Part shown: one piece after another, positions 1 to 12,078 of the stretch | Position numbering within the stretch: the first letter of the stretch is position 1 | Layout: each line of letters opens with the position of its first letter | Source: Takakia lepidozioides | Taxonomy: Eukaryota > Plantae > Bryophyta | Assembly: GCA_030704615.1 (NCBI GenBank) | Contig: CM060733.1 | Coordinates: forward strand, 28,024,001 to 28,088,000 | Length of the DNA: 64,000 nt | Direction: 5' to 3' | The notes under the pieces: generated by a model | The model's database searches: none | What the model saw: only the letters and a program-made list of their open reading frames with translations | What the model was told of the DNA's origin: nothing | Position numbers and translations under genes: made by a program

Positions 1-664
1 ACGACCTGCAAAAAATATCTTAGATCTCTCATTTACGTGTTGGGGCCTGAAAAGGACTTGTTGACCGCTGACGTGGCAGTAAACAGCCCAAAACGGATTG
101 CACTCCAAAGGCCATTTTTGGCATAACATTAGCAATCTTGGAAAAAGCACTTCACCTTGTGGTGTGTGAGCATTACATACATGCGCACATCCACCATTGG
201 CTTTTAAAGACTTTGTAGAAAAAAAAGTACTTCATTTGGAGGCACATTTTCTCTTGTCAATTTTGAGATTTCAACCCCCATGTAATTGCATGCATAGCAA
301 GCATAGGTGAAAAAATCAGTTGGACCTGCAATGTAGTGGGGTCATAGCCACTCCACTATTGATTTGGAAATGGTGGGTCTTGGGGCAAGCAAAATTGGAT
401 AAAGCTAGGTTTTGATTTGGTCAAACTAATTTCTTTCTCACTTTTTCTTTGGGACCTGATATTTGAGGTCCAGGCCAACATTATAATCCCACAATGTCCA
501 CGGTGGACTTGGCTCATTTTTATGCATAAATGAGCTGGGCCCACTGCTATAAGGCTGGAATCTCTTTATAGATATTTTTGGTAGGTTTCTAGGAGCAATT
601 CACTGCAGCTGGGTACCCAAAATTGGTAAAAAGTCAAAAAAGGGCTTGGGAACTTGAGGGTTAA
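1..664. mobile_element. Right end of a putative non-autonomous TTAA-targeting (piggyBac-like) DNA transposon; left end outside window
   Basis: Non-coding block ending ...GGGCTTGGGAACTTGAGGG (660) immediately followed by TTAA (661-664), the same GGG|TTAA terminal architecture as the complete element at 51910-52807. The partner TIR is not visible. Confidence 0.4.
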
Positions 665-1016
665 TTAACATCAATATAAGTAAATCCTCTTTATAAAATA
701 ATTAGAAAAAGAAAACAGGGCATCGTCTTCCTCATCCTCGTGTCCAGGGGGGAGAGCGAGCTGGAGATGTGCAGTGCTTCTCAAGTTGCGGTGTGCTTTG
801 GACTAAGCAAGAACACTACAGATCTGCTTGCAGGGACAGGGAGAAGTTTTGCATGGATCGATTGAGTGAGACAGTCTAGGCTACTGTTTGGGAGTTGTCA
901 AATGTTTTCAGCTCCTGAGATGCTACAGTATACACCGTAGACTGCAACGTTTGGTTCTACATTTACGTCAATTTCTATATATAAATTTTGTGTTGCGTTG
1001 TGGATATGCACTGCAG

Positions 1017-2450
1017 GAAGTGGGTTGACTTGGAAAGAGAGTAAAGCCGAAGAGAGTGGGCCCCGAGCGGTGGAACTGGTTAGACGGTTGCTCATACAAA
1101 CAGTTCGATAATTATCTGACATCTGTTACTACTGGAAGCCTGAAAATAAATCCAACTTGTGGAAAAGTCAAGGGAAGGATAGAACTATGAATTGTTTTCA
1201 CTTTTTGATTCCCGAGGCTGTTGTGAATCAAGTGGGATCGTGCCATGAGAGCTCATGACCTCGGCATGTGACAAATTTTTCTTTTCTGCAAAGAAGCCGA
1301 TGTTTGCAGATCTTAAGAGAACTAGAACCACCGTTTCCTCAAGGTATGACGGGAGGTGAGAAGTAGGCAAGCTCGGCCTGTGCAGGAAAGGCAGAAAGTG
1401 ATACAGACGAAAGCGGGAGATGCATCACTCGGTTAGATTGGCTCTATATCTCGAGTTTCCATGCTTCTGTAGGATTTGAACATGCTTCCTCCAGTCTCCT
1501 GTTCTGGATATGGCTCTTGATAAGAGTTTGTTACCTGAGTTTCTCTTTGACTCTGCACCCAAAAGCAGATCCAAGGCTAAGCCTCGGCCGGCAGGCTGCG
1601 TTTGACATTGGTTTCTGCGTGTGGGGGTGCTCATAAAGAGGTTCTGAACAGTATTTATGCGGAAAAGTGGGTTTCCAATTCACTCGATGTCGCCCAGTGA
1701 TTCCGAATTAGTTGCCAATGAAAGCAAGCAGAGACACCATCCGCTTGGTTATGTCCGGATGAGCAGTAGTCGCAGGAGGGCAGTGACGGTCGTACTGTGG
1801 AAAGGGGATGGAATCTTAAGTGCCCTGTCTGCTACACCTCCACCTCGACGCGGAAGACGCGTCCTTCTGGCCATATGGAGACGAGTGAAGTGGGCGTCCC
1901 AGAGACTCACTAGAGCTGGGCGAACGTTTTCGAGGATAGGACGCAACACAGCGCCTTGCAAACTGGATTGGCCTGGGGAAGCTGCCAAGGAGAAACCCAA
2001 TTTCTTGTCCGTAGTTCGAGATCATAGGTGGCCATTGCAAGGGTGGTAATCTTTCAGGTAGCTACCTGGTATTTGAGCTTGAGCCTGCCCTGGAAAACAG
2101 CAGTTTTGGGCGTCTCATTGAAGGGAGATAGAATTTCGCAGGCGTTGCTGTCGCCTCCTCTAAGTTACTGTGTGCACGGATTAGTACAAGAGTACCATAC
2201 CGAGGTGTTCATGCTCGCAGAATTTGCTCGGGCCTTGAGTTCCAATGGCACTAGACTGATTAAATGATAGGAGCTTTTCAAGGAAGGCTTCCGTACGATC
2301 CCTAGTCACAAGATGCATAAGTTTCAGAAGATCGAAGAACAAAGAGTCCAATCAGCGTGGGTTTCAATGCAGATTTCCGTGGTCCAACAGTATAGATGAT
2401 TGTAACTTGGTAGTATATGCTCTGGGTTCTGATGCCCCAAGCAGGAGACG
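1017..2450 (+). pseudogene. Possible heavily decayed PHD-finger chromatin gene relic (MBD9-like N-terminal order)
   Basis: Frame-broken pieces read ELDLNMLPP (across a putative GT-AG join), VSACGG...LVANESKQRHHPLG...WNLKCPVC (PHD-like), FQVATWYLSL and DDCNLVVYALG. Many stops and frameshifts; similarity judged by eye only. Confidence 0.25.
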
Positions 2451-3242
2451 GAGAGGTGAGCTTGTTTTAGCAGTCAGTCCGAGGAAATTCGTTCCTGACT
2501 TTTCCAATGTGTACTCCGTGATCTTCAAGTGTTTTTGAAGAAGCCTGCCATGAGCCCATGATTCCCTGTATTTGTTCGTCGGCTTCAACTCACTTTTGAA
2601 AGGTTTGCCATTATGGGGATCGACTTCCGATCCACAGAGTTTTCTGTTGCATGTTCCAGACCTTGCCAGCTACATAGTTTTCCACCCGCATCCACAAAGA
2701 GCTAACCGTGCAACAGTTCAAATTTTGTCCACTTTCCACACGATCTGTGTGTATATGGTGTCCTTGTGACTTTTGCTGCTAGGAATTATTCCAATTACGC
2801 TGTGCCTCACCTCATACAGCCAGGTGATGATCATTCACTGTGGCAATCCACATTTTTACGAGCTCTTGAACACTTGGAGCACAAGCCGAAGACGATAGTG
2901 TAACCTAATCCCGAAATTAGTTTCCTGTCTTTCACACAGCATCAACCTGAGAAATCCCCTTACCTTTTCCAGCATCAAGGTTTCAAGATTCATAAACTGT
3001 GGTTCACATGGACATTCGACATTGATCATGGTTGCCTTGAAATATCCGATAGTTCAGGACTGTTTATTGTGCTTAGATCTTCAGTCTATTCTTGAAAAGA
3101 CTCATACATGACAGATCAAATGCATGTATAGTTCCAGTATCATTGTAATCAACTCACATAACCAAGCTACTAGCTCAGAGGACATATTATATTCAAGTCT
3201 AACAACAATTCCAACAACCAACTCAAATGTCTCCTGAGTCAC

Positions 3243-3314
3243 CGTCATGTCCATTTGAGCTGACTGTCGCTGGAACTCTTGCATCACTTTGGCCTGCCTT
3301 GCTGGCTCCATTTG
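3243..3314 (-). pseudogene. VPS2: Isolated internal exon of an ESCRT-III VPS2/CHMP2-like gene
   Basis: 72-nt phase-0 exon ctgcag|...|gtgact encoding QMEPARQAKVMQEFQRQSAQMDMT, the characteristic plant VPS2.2/2.3 segment. No other VPS2 exons recognised in the window. Confidence 0.7.
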
Positions 3315-4971
3315 CTGCAGTTACTCGTTATTGCTTGACTGATAGACTCCCTCTTCTGCAATCTGTCAATGTTTCCTGGGCCTATGGCGTATTCACCTAT
3401 TACAAAACTCCCTAAGATCTCTCTAGCGCCGGTGTGCGCTAAGTCATAGTATAATCACCCCTCTCATCTCTTCTCCACTACCCGCCAGACCTAACGGATG
3501 AACACCCTCTACTTGTCATGCACTATCACCCTGCCAGAGACCAAATTGATGAACATCCTCAGTATTTTTCGTCCCATTCGGTTGATTGCTGCTTAAGCCA
3601 CTGCTGTGCAGCTGTGCCATTAACCCAATGTCCTACAAAAGTATCTGCAGATTCGATCACCTTTTTGCTCATATCTTTGCAAGGTCTTTGATCTATGTAA
3701 ATAAACCCTTGATTTACAGTTTCACCGTAGGCCTTTTAGCTCTCGGCCTCAATCTCAAACTTGGTTGTGCTCTTTGATACACGAAGTTGCGAGTAGAGTG
3801 AGCTTGAGTACAGAAAGGGCATTCCTGGTGTTATGCTCAAGACAAGATGTAGGGTTGAGGGAGAGGAATGTAGTGATGGAGTGATTGACTCCTGTGATGT
3901 CCGAGGAGCCATGGCTGCTGTGGCAGGAGCTATAGTTATCCCACTTTGTTGTTTCATTTACAGAATAGCTTCTGACGGTGGGCCTGACATTTGTGGGCAT
4001 TGTAAGACTAACAAAAATAGATAAACGGGAATGGAGACTGGAGACATGAGGATGTGATGACGCATCCCAAGGAATGGCAGCAGAGGTCAGCAAGCTGAGG
4101 TCATGATACAAGAGAGCAGAGTGACCTCAGTGTAGGACAATTGATGGATGCGCCTCGTGATCTCTGGCACACCTCACACCGACACACAGGTTACGACTTT
4201 TAGGATACCTGATTCCAGTTACGCTGCATGTGCATACCCTCAACAGGTGCACAGCTCAAAGCTCCTTGTTGCTGAGCAATGTGGGTGGTCTCTCCAATCT
4301 TTGGTCTCCAAAGCAATGGCGGTGGCTCAGTTTCTGAAGCTTCTCAGCACAAGTTTCTGACAGATAGAGTGGGTCCACGCAGATGCGTGGCACCAGCCAA
4401 CCGCCAGAGAGGAAGGGTGGGGCGGGGGGGTTGGTGGTGGGGACAGTCGCTAACGTGAGAAGGACAGAGGTGATGTACGAGGGGAGAGAGAAAGGAAGGC
4501 CACAGGGTGTGTTGCGAGTGGACAACAATTCTTCGTCGATCTGAGAGTTGCCTGGGAAGGAGGGAGAGTGCGCATGCTACTAAAGCTCGTTGAGGATAAG
4601 AAAGCTGCGTGTTTGGGTGTTAGGATAGTCGCGAGAGGGAGTAGATGCCGCTGAGGCTCACCAAGTTGTGATGTTACAGCTGAGAGCTAGAGTTGGGTTT
4701 CTCAGCTTGGGTAGCTCTGACATATATCCTGAAGGAGAATCTGTAATTGAAGGCGTCTGCGCCCGTTGGCAGAAGCCTCGAGAGACGAAGAAAGTAACTG
4801 TTCTACGTCTGTATTGAGTAGGACACCGAGAGAAAGAAGGAAAGAAAGTAACCTTTGTAACGTCCACAGGGCCACGAGGACCCATGTGAAAGAAGAGATT
4901 AGATGTCTCTGGCTGAGTGCAAGCGCCAGTGACAGTGCTGGAAAGAGCTCACGACTGTTGGAGAAATTGAC

Positions 4972-6409
4972 ATGTCGAAATGTGGGGAAGAGAGAGAACA
5001 GGAGATGGATTCGTCCCTGTGGAGTTTACTGCCCCAAGAATTGAGGGAGAGAGTTCTAGCATTTCTGCCCTTCCCTTCCATTTTCCAGCTTCGCAGCGTC
5101 TGCAAACGATGGCTTAGCCTAATCTACAGCCCTGAATTCCTTCATACCCGTGCTGGGATTCCCAATTCTTCTTGGGCGACATATTTTCCTGTCTGTTACA
5201 TCAACGAATCTAAATCCAGGGCTGATTTTCAGTGGTCAGTGTTTGATTTTGAGGCTCACAAATGGCAGATGATGCCCGCTCTTTCTACCACACAAACTCT
5301 CGTGGGTCAAGCTTCGGTTCCATCCTCGAATTGGCTACTTGGATCTTCTACCCATGGATATTGTAACCACGAGTCCGTCAGCCCTATTCCCGGAAAGAAG
5401 CACCTAGTAGTGGGAGGGGGGAGCTTTCTTTGTTTCTGCTATGTGCAAGATCTTTATGACACACAATTTGACATTGGGGCACTGTGCTTGGTTAATCCTC
5501 TTACCAAAGAATGGAAGCAGCTTCCTCCAATGCATCAGCTATGGGGTTGGCCTGATGTACGACATTTGATTGTGAACAAATCCGATAATTCCTACAAAAT
5601 TATCCTGGCTGGTAATCAGAGGTTCAAATATGTTCATGAGGTCTACCGGAGCACTGAAGTATACGATTCGGCATCTGATTCGTGGACAGTAACAGGGAGG
5701 CTACCCTCACACTTGTATTTTGGTTATATGATCGGTGCTCCGTGCAATGGAATGCTCTACTGCGCAGCACGCAGACACCAGAGATACGCGTATGATGTCT
5801 TAGTAGCGTATGATATAAATCAAGGCGTCTGGAACGAGGTTCCTCATACTTTTCCGGCTGGCCTACACCAGGGTGAGTACTGTCAACTTGTGAGTTTGAG
5901 CTACGAGTCATTGAGCAAGGACAAGAGCTTAGACAGTCTGAGACACGTGTCCCAAGATTTCTGAGTCTGAGACACACAGTTCCTGAGTCTGGAATGCTGA
6001 AGTATCAAAGGATTGCAGTAAGCGTTTTTCTCTTTGTTTGACAGGAACTTTCCACATTGTACTGGCGCATCAGGATCGTATATTGATGGTGGTTGAGCAT
6101 ACAAAAGATGATGGGGACTGTACACTAGGCATCTTTGAGTTGGGACCAGGCAGCAAGGTGTGGAAAGAACTGGTACGAATGCCCCACGATATGTTCTTGG
6201 AGTTTGGAGCTCTGGACACTTGCGTGGCAAATGGAGATAGAGTGTGCATGGTAGGTTACAAACAGGGGAACTGTTTGGTGTTAGTTTACGACTTGTGCAA
6301 GAAGACCTGGCTATGGTTGCCCTCTTGTCCCCTCAGCAAAAGTAAGCATGCAAACCATGGCAGATTTTTCTTTGAACCTAATTTGAATGCCATGTTGAAG
6401 GCCCCCTGA
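4972..6409 (+). CDS. F-box/kelch-repeat (F-box associated beta-propeller) protein, about 421 aa
   Basis: Exon 1 4972-5872 (F-box WSLLPQELRERVLAFLP...LRSVCKRW; VNPLTKEWKQLPPM; TEVYDSASDSW; YDINQGVW), GT-AG intron 5873-6044 (phase 1, restores frame G|GA), exon 2 6045-6409 (W.ELVRMP, LVYDLCKKTWLWLPSCP, FFFEPNL). An alternative start at the second Met (MDSSLW) is possible. Confidence 0.9.
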
Positions 6410-6999
6410 ACAAGTATTGAGGTATATGTGTCGTCCAGATGTTTTGCAAGGGCAAAGACAAGCATGTCAGCCAGATATGGTATGTAGCTTTGAAGCTCTG
6501 CTCATAGGAGAGGCTCATTGAGCTTATTTTGCAACAAGCACACACAAAAAGATTGCTTGCTAGCCTTAAACGTATTTTATGTGGCAGTTCTGAAACAACG
6601 CAAGAAAAAGGAATAGCAGTTTTTTTGTTGAATCCCAGGTTGCGCATCGGTATCCTCCTTATGAAAGTAACTTCGTCATAGAATGTCTGTTGCTTTCTGC
6701 TCCCCATCACACAGCCACATGGGAGCTATCACTATACTGTTGTTAGGAAGCTGATTAAATATTGAGTAAGATAGATGAGAAAGAGTTTGAGAGATCCATG
6801 AGTCCTTTCACCCACAAGACCTTCCCTTATCTACCAATCATGGGCCAAAGAGTGTTGTCCAACTGCATTCGAAATGTGGGCATTCTATTAGAACCATGAA
6901 CTTACCTACTGCATGCCCTATTGGACCGAGCAGCTAGAGAGCTGAAGATCACCTCGAAAATTTCATTGCATCCACTCTGTGTCTCTCTCGCTCCCTCTC

Positions 7000-7830
7000 C
7001 CTCTCCATCATGGATGACCTCAAGGGTTTACCCACCCTCGGCAATAGACTGAAATTTAAACTCAGGGCAGGAAGCCTACCTTTTGAACAGCAACCAGATG
7101 CGGAGAGGAAAGGGAAACCTATCTTTGAACAGCAAACAGATGCGGAGAGGAAAGTGGGATTGTTGCAATTGCCTGTTGTGTGGGCAACCTGAAGACATTA
7201 TTGGTTTTCTGATTCTTGTCCTGTGGGTACTCTGGGGCGAGAGACACCCTTTTCAAATCCATCCAGGGAAATGTGCCTGAACCTCTGTTTACCAACTTTG
7301 AAAGTCTCGAGGCTGAGCCAAAAGTTATTGGGCAAACCACTTTTGGCAAACCACACAGAGCAGATTGAGGCTTGTGTGAAGGGATTTCTAGAGGATATTT
7401 GGAAAACTCGGATTAATTGTCTGTTCCAAGGTAAGTCTGCCCTACCGGCTTCAGCCCCTGGGTCAATGGCCACTAGGCTGCAGCAGGTGTCTTATAAGTA
7501 CATTCTCTCTTTGTTCAACCCAAACTTGGCAAGGGACCTGTGGCGGCCACAAGGCTGTAGCAAACTTATTAGTGCTTCCCTCTCTAAGTTTGTTCCACCC
7601 AGACTGGGCACAGGACCTGTGGCAACAAGGCTGCAGCAATCTTATTAGGACTTCCTCTCTGAGTTTGTTCCAACCAATCTGAGCACGGTCTATGGTGACA
7701 AGCCTATGGCATATGACGTCTTATGAGTACATTCTCTCCCCGTTCTTTGTAGACCTGCCTCCCAGATAGCCTGGATCTGGCCTGTCCTTGAATCTATGGT
7801 GGCAGTGAAATCAGAAGTGATAATTCTAAA
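7000..7830 (+). mobile_element. 5'-truncated non-LTR retrotransposon (LINE, RTE/L2-like) 3' fragment with repetitive 3' UTR
   Basis: Degenerate ORF2 C-terminus RLKFKLRAGSLP...CLLCGQPED..FLI.CP (CCHC-like). Internal 42-bp tandem duplication (copies at 7082 and 7124). About 4 degenerate ~75-bp repeats at 7450-7740 with core GGCCACAAGGCT...TCTTAYGAGTACATTC. Confidence 0.6.
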
Positions 7831-8552
7831 ATGTCAAAAATGCTCTACAGAAAACATGGGTGCAGATAGTCTCCTGTTCCTTTGTCAGGTACTCAACTCT
7901 ATAACCCATTCCAAGACCAGAAACACATGCACACACAACCATGCATCCACAGACATGAAACACTGCCATATATCAAAACAAGGCTCCTAAGCACCACTCT
8001 CCAGACAATTGAGTGCGGGCAAATAAGCATTGCTCACTTCTTTCAAAACAATTAACCCCTCAGACACATAAACAAGAGCAACCACACCTAACTCAAAGAA
8101 AAACATGTGCAGCTCCAAGAGAGAAAATATCCACAAAGGACACAGCAACAACCCCTCAACATGGGTGTATTGGGATACATTGAGTAGTCCGTAGTACTAA
8201 AGGTACTCATCCCCAGAACTACCAAGAAATTTGGGATTTGAGGGTCATTTCTGGTGAATATCACCACCCTCATTGACAGAGACAATGGGGACAGGAGCGC
8301 AAATCCGCGATAAAATGTGCGGGCCAACATGACACTTAAAACTCGCCACGCTGACGAAGCTCGTTCCCCCATGGTTTTCCTGCTTGCTTATGGAACAAGG
8401 CACTCTGAATTCATGGCCAAACCTGCTTGCTTCTTTTACATGACATGCAGTGTGGAACCCACTGTGAAAGTCGTCCATTGGACTCATAATCCTTCAATGT
8501 CTGTATCTGTCGCCCATCGGACAGAAACACTTTAAACTTCCACTTCTTTAGT

Positions 8553-11500
8553 TCAGTCGAGGTCCAGAAACTCCATGCGCTTTCTCATCGTTCCCTTCAG
8601 TTCTGTCGCATCCCTTTCTGCCTTTTGCGCCTGCATCCACAGAGGGCCAAGCCCTGGTGCTCTCAATAATCTTGATTCTAAGAGAATTTCAATCTCTGAT
8701 AGTCCTAAACAACTCTGGTTTCCTTATTCAATAGTCACTACAAAACATTGTGATACAAACTTTATACGAAATCACATACATCGCTGAAATTTCACTAAGA
8801 GAAGAAACAAACAGCTAGTGTACACAGAACATAGCACATGCCTTACCCGTTTAATTTCAGCAGGGGTAACTCGCACCATGTGAGGCGGCAACTCGTCCCT
8901 CTCCAGATCCTTCAGAGTCACTCACAACAATCCAACCATCAGAAGCTACTCTCTACACTGGTATAGAACTTTCAAATTTTTCAGAGGTAGCAACAACAAT
9001 CTTCCTCAGGCCTTATCTACACAATACATCCCAGGCCCTCATTTACAGTGTTGGCTACTTACACAAACCTTTTGCAATAAGAGGTAGACCCAGTTTCAGA
9101 TTTTGAAGACATCCCCTCTACTTTTCTTCATCAGAAGGTTGGAAAGACATCTACAGCTATCAGTTAGCAGCACCTGTTGTCCGGCTCTCTCTCTCTGTAT
9201 GATTTGTTTCCCCAACATTGTGACTGCCAGCACAGTATCTTGTTATCATCCACCCCCGCCCCCAAAAGAGGGTAGTTAACGGAAGGGGAAGAGGCTCTTA
9301 ATTACTCTGGCTTCGATCAGCGTCATCTCTCTCTTGTTATCACTGATTCACCTTATTGCTCTTTCCGGCTCTAACTGTTGCTAAGAAAATGTCCATGCCA
9401 GGAAGGGCATACCCTGAAACGAGCAGTCACTGGCTGTGATGGTTTCCCAGTGTGTATGTGCTAAGGAAGAAAAAATTACATCATAGACTAAAATGACAGA
9501 GATAAGAAGATAAAAATGGACTGTGCCCCACAGAGGACAAGGGAGAGAGAGAAAGAGAGGAAAAAGGACCAGAAAAATTGACTCCTGTTGAAGCAAGTAT
9601 AGATTTCACCCTCAAGCCTACGGCCTTCTGTCTGGAAGGTGTCTGGAAGGTTGATACCTTCTAATGGCCAAAAACTTCCCCCAAAAACTCAAAACTGACG
9701 TAACCCATGTACTAGGCGACTGGTTGACTAAGTGAACCCCTTTTATGACTGAATTGACAAAAATAAAAAGGGTAATGGAATCTACCCACTATCGATTTCA
9801 ACCAATGACTTGTGCCCTAACCAGTGGGCCATCTGTTGGATACTTACAGAAGAAACTTAAAAGACCCTGCAGGATGTGCAGAGAGCTTATGCAACAAGAA
9901 CAATAATACAAGAGGGTGGAAGTCTTGTCCTTACCAGCTCTCCAATGAGGACAACATTTTCGCCGCGAATAACATAGAGGCCCAAGGGCAAGTCACAGAA
10001 AAGCTCCCCCACAATAATTCTCTCTAATGCTGCCTCCAAGACCACATTCGCTGTGTTTCCAAGCAAGTGTGCCCCCCGCCCCATTTCCTTCATTAATTGA
10101 CATCAGCACCTCCCTTTCGGAAAGGAGCAACAGACCAGTAGAGTTTGTAACATGGTTCAATCAATGCACATACAATAAGAGCACCACGCATAGACAGATT
10201 GAAAAGAATTGGTCGACCATTTAATCTTCTTTTCATTTTTTATTTGCACTTTCACATCTTTAGAGTACAATTTGAAGGGAGGATCCTAGTTCTTTGGGGG
10301 AAGGTCTGAGCTTCCACCAGTACAGCCTCGGGGCTGCCTGTGTAAACACTTTTAGGTGGTCCTGTACCTATTGTTCTCAACAGAAGCAGGAAAAATCATC
10401 CCTGCCCACAGAAAATGGCTCAGCCTATGCCGAGCTGACGGTTTAACAATGGGCAGGGTGGTTTAATACGCAAACAGCCTTGAGCACTCTACTTCCGGAA
10501 GAATGGCTGATGAATCCTGCCTAGGAGCAAGGGCAAAATCAAGGAGTGTGGAAATTGGCAGAGAGGCAGAGGAGGTTTTCCCAGGTAAGAACACTCTTCT
10601 CTGATTGTACCTATTGTTCTCTGCGTCATGCTTCCACATGGCATCAGTCTGAGCTGGATGACCTTAAAAATCTTGAAAAATTTAGCGATGTGCATATCAC
10701 AAATCAAAGGGCCAATATGCTGGGCAACAGAAATGTTCAAAGCGTAAACCCATGTAGGCTGCAGATGTCAAAGGAGTTATTAACAGAGTCGCAGTTAACT
10801 GATAGTTAACATCATATAACAGAGATACAGCTCTGGGACATACCAAATTGGTCGAAGGACCGGAGAATGCCAATTATCTTCCTTCCATCACGCAGTATCA
10901 CCAGAAGCTTCTCTGTACAGTTCAATATCATCACAACTACTCTCATGAACTGCTTGCAATTCTACACACATGACCTTGCCTAGCAGCCAAAGGTTTCAAG
11001 AGCGAAGACATGACAGAGGAAGAAAGTTCTTGAAGACAGCTTTTATGGAATATCGTCTATCTTACAAGCTAACTATCTACCAGGAAACAACAGCTTTAGG
11101 CACCCACTCATCCCATTTGTTAAGGAGGAGAAAAGTTAATCCAGCAGTTCCAGGGATCGATCATCCATCTGCTGAATGGAAAGAGGTGATAAGGGTGACT
11201 GGCCAGGTGCCACTAGAAGGTCTAGTGCACTTATCCGCAAACATACCCAGCTGTCTTATTGTTTAACTCACTCAGGATTGATTTCCTGAGTCAGACCAAT
11301 GCCCAAGGGAGAGACAAAGGAACCCAAAGTGGCCTCATCTTCACATGGTTACCAATCAGAAGAAAGACCTATAATTTCGGCATTGTTACATATAGCATTT
11401 GCCGCATGTTGTCATAATCTGTGCTCTCAGACTTCAGCCCACATTCTCCGTCACCAAACACTGGAAGAATTATTACTTAACCATCTCCCACTCAAAGCTC

Positions 11501-12078
11501 ATGGGTTGCCTAGACCAGTGATGGAGAAAGGGTGAGCCCAGCACTGACCAGAAGTTAACTGACATGACTTTTTCGCTGTTGATACTTGGGTCGATTTCTG
11601 GTATTCTTCGGGCACTATGCTCATTGCCAAGTTACACACAATGACTACTTTCGTCATTAAGAAGCGGTCTAGGGTGCTCTCGAAGCTGGGCTCCCTTTCC
11701 ATTGCTATTAGCTTCAATGGTTGCCAATTAAAGTCGCCATGAAGCCGATTGAAATTTACTGAGTAAAAGGTCTACTTTTAAGTTGAGATTGTGGTGTGCT
11801 CTCAACCAGAACCCACAAGCAAATGTTGAACCGAACCCTAGCATGATAGCATTGGCAGTGTGCCACGGTCCGCGAGACATAAGGACGAAAGAGAAAAAGG
11901 CTACAGAGAGGCTTGTTCAGCGACTCTCAGAGAGACGGACCACGCTTGCTGAAACCTTGACACACACAGTAGTTCTGCCCGTTTGATAAAACGAAGAAAT
12001 AGACGGGAACATAGTAGAAAAGAGCTTACTATCAAGGTTGTCGGCAAGAGAGGTAGCAGGGAGGTCTGCCCACGACAT
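8553..12078 (-). CDS. LSM1: Sm-like protein LSM1 (mRNA decapping activator), 124 aa
   Basis: Exons 12078-12030, 10912-10844, 10050-9935, 8909-8847 and 8630-8553, all GT-AG, total 375 nt. Protein MSWADLPATSLADNLDKKLLVILRDGRKIIGILRSFDQFANVVLEAALERIIVGELFCDLPLGLYVIRGENVVLIGELDLERDELPPHMVRVTPAEIKRAQKAERDATELKGTMRKRMEFLDLD; Sm1/Sm2 motifs and the LSM1-type C-terminus. Confidence 0.97.

Noticed and set aside
5873-5964. C-terminus of the 330-aa F-box ORF
   Set aside because: Read-through into a canonical GT-AG intron; splicing restores the remaining propeller blades.
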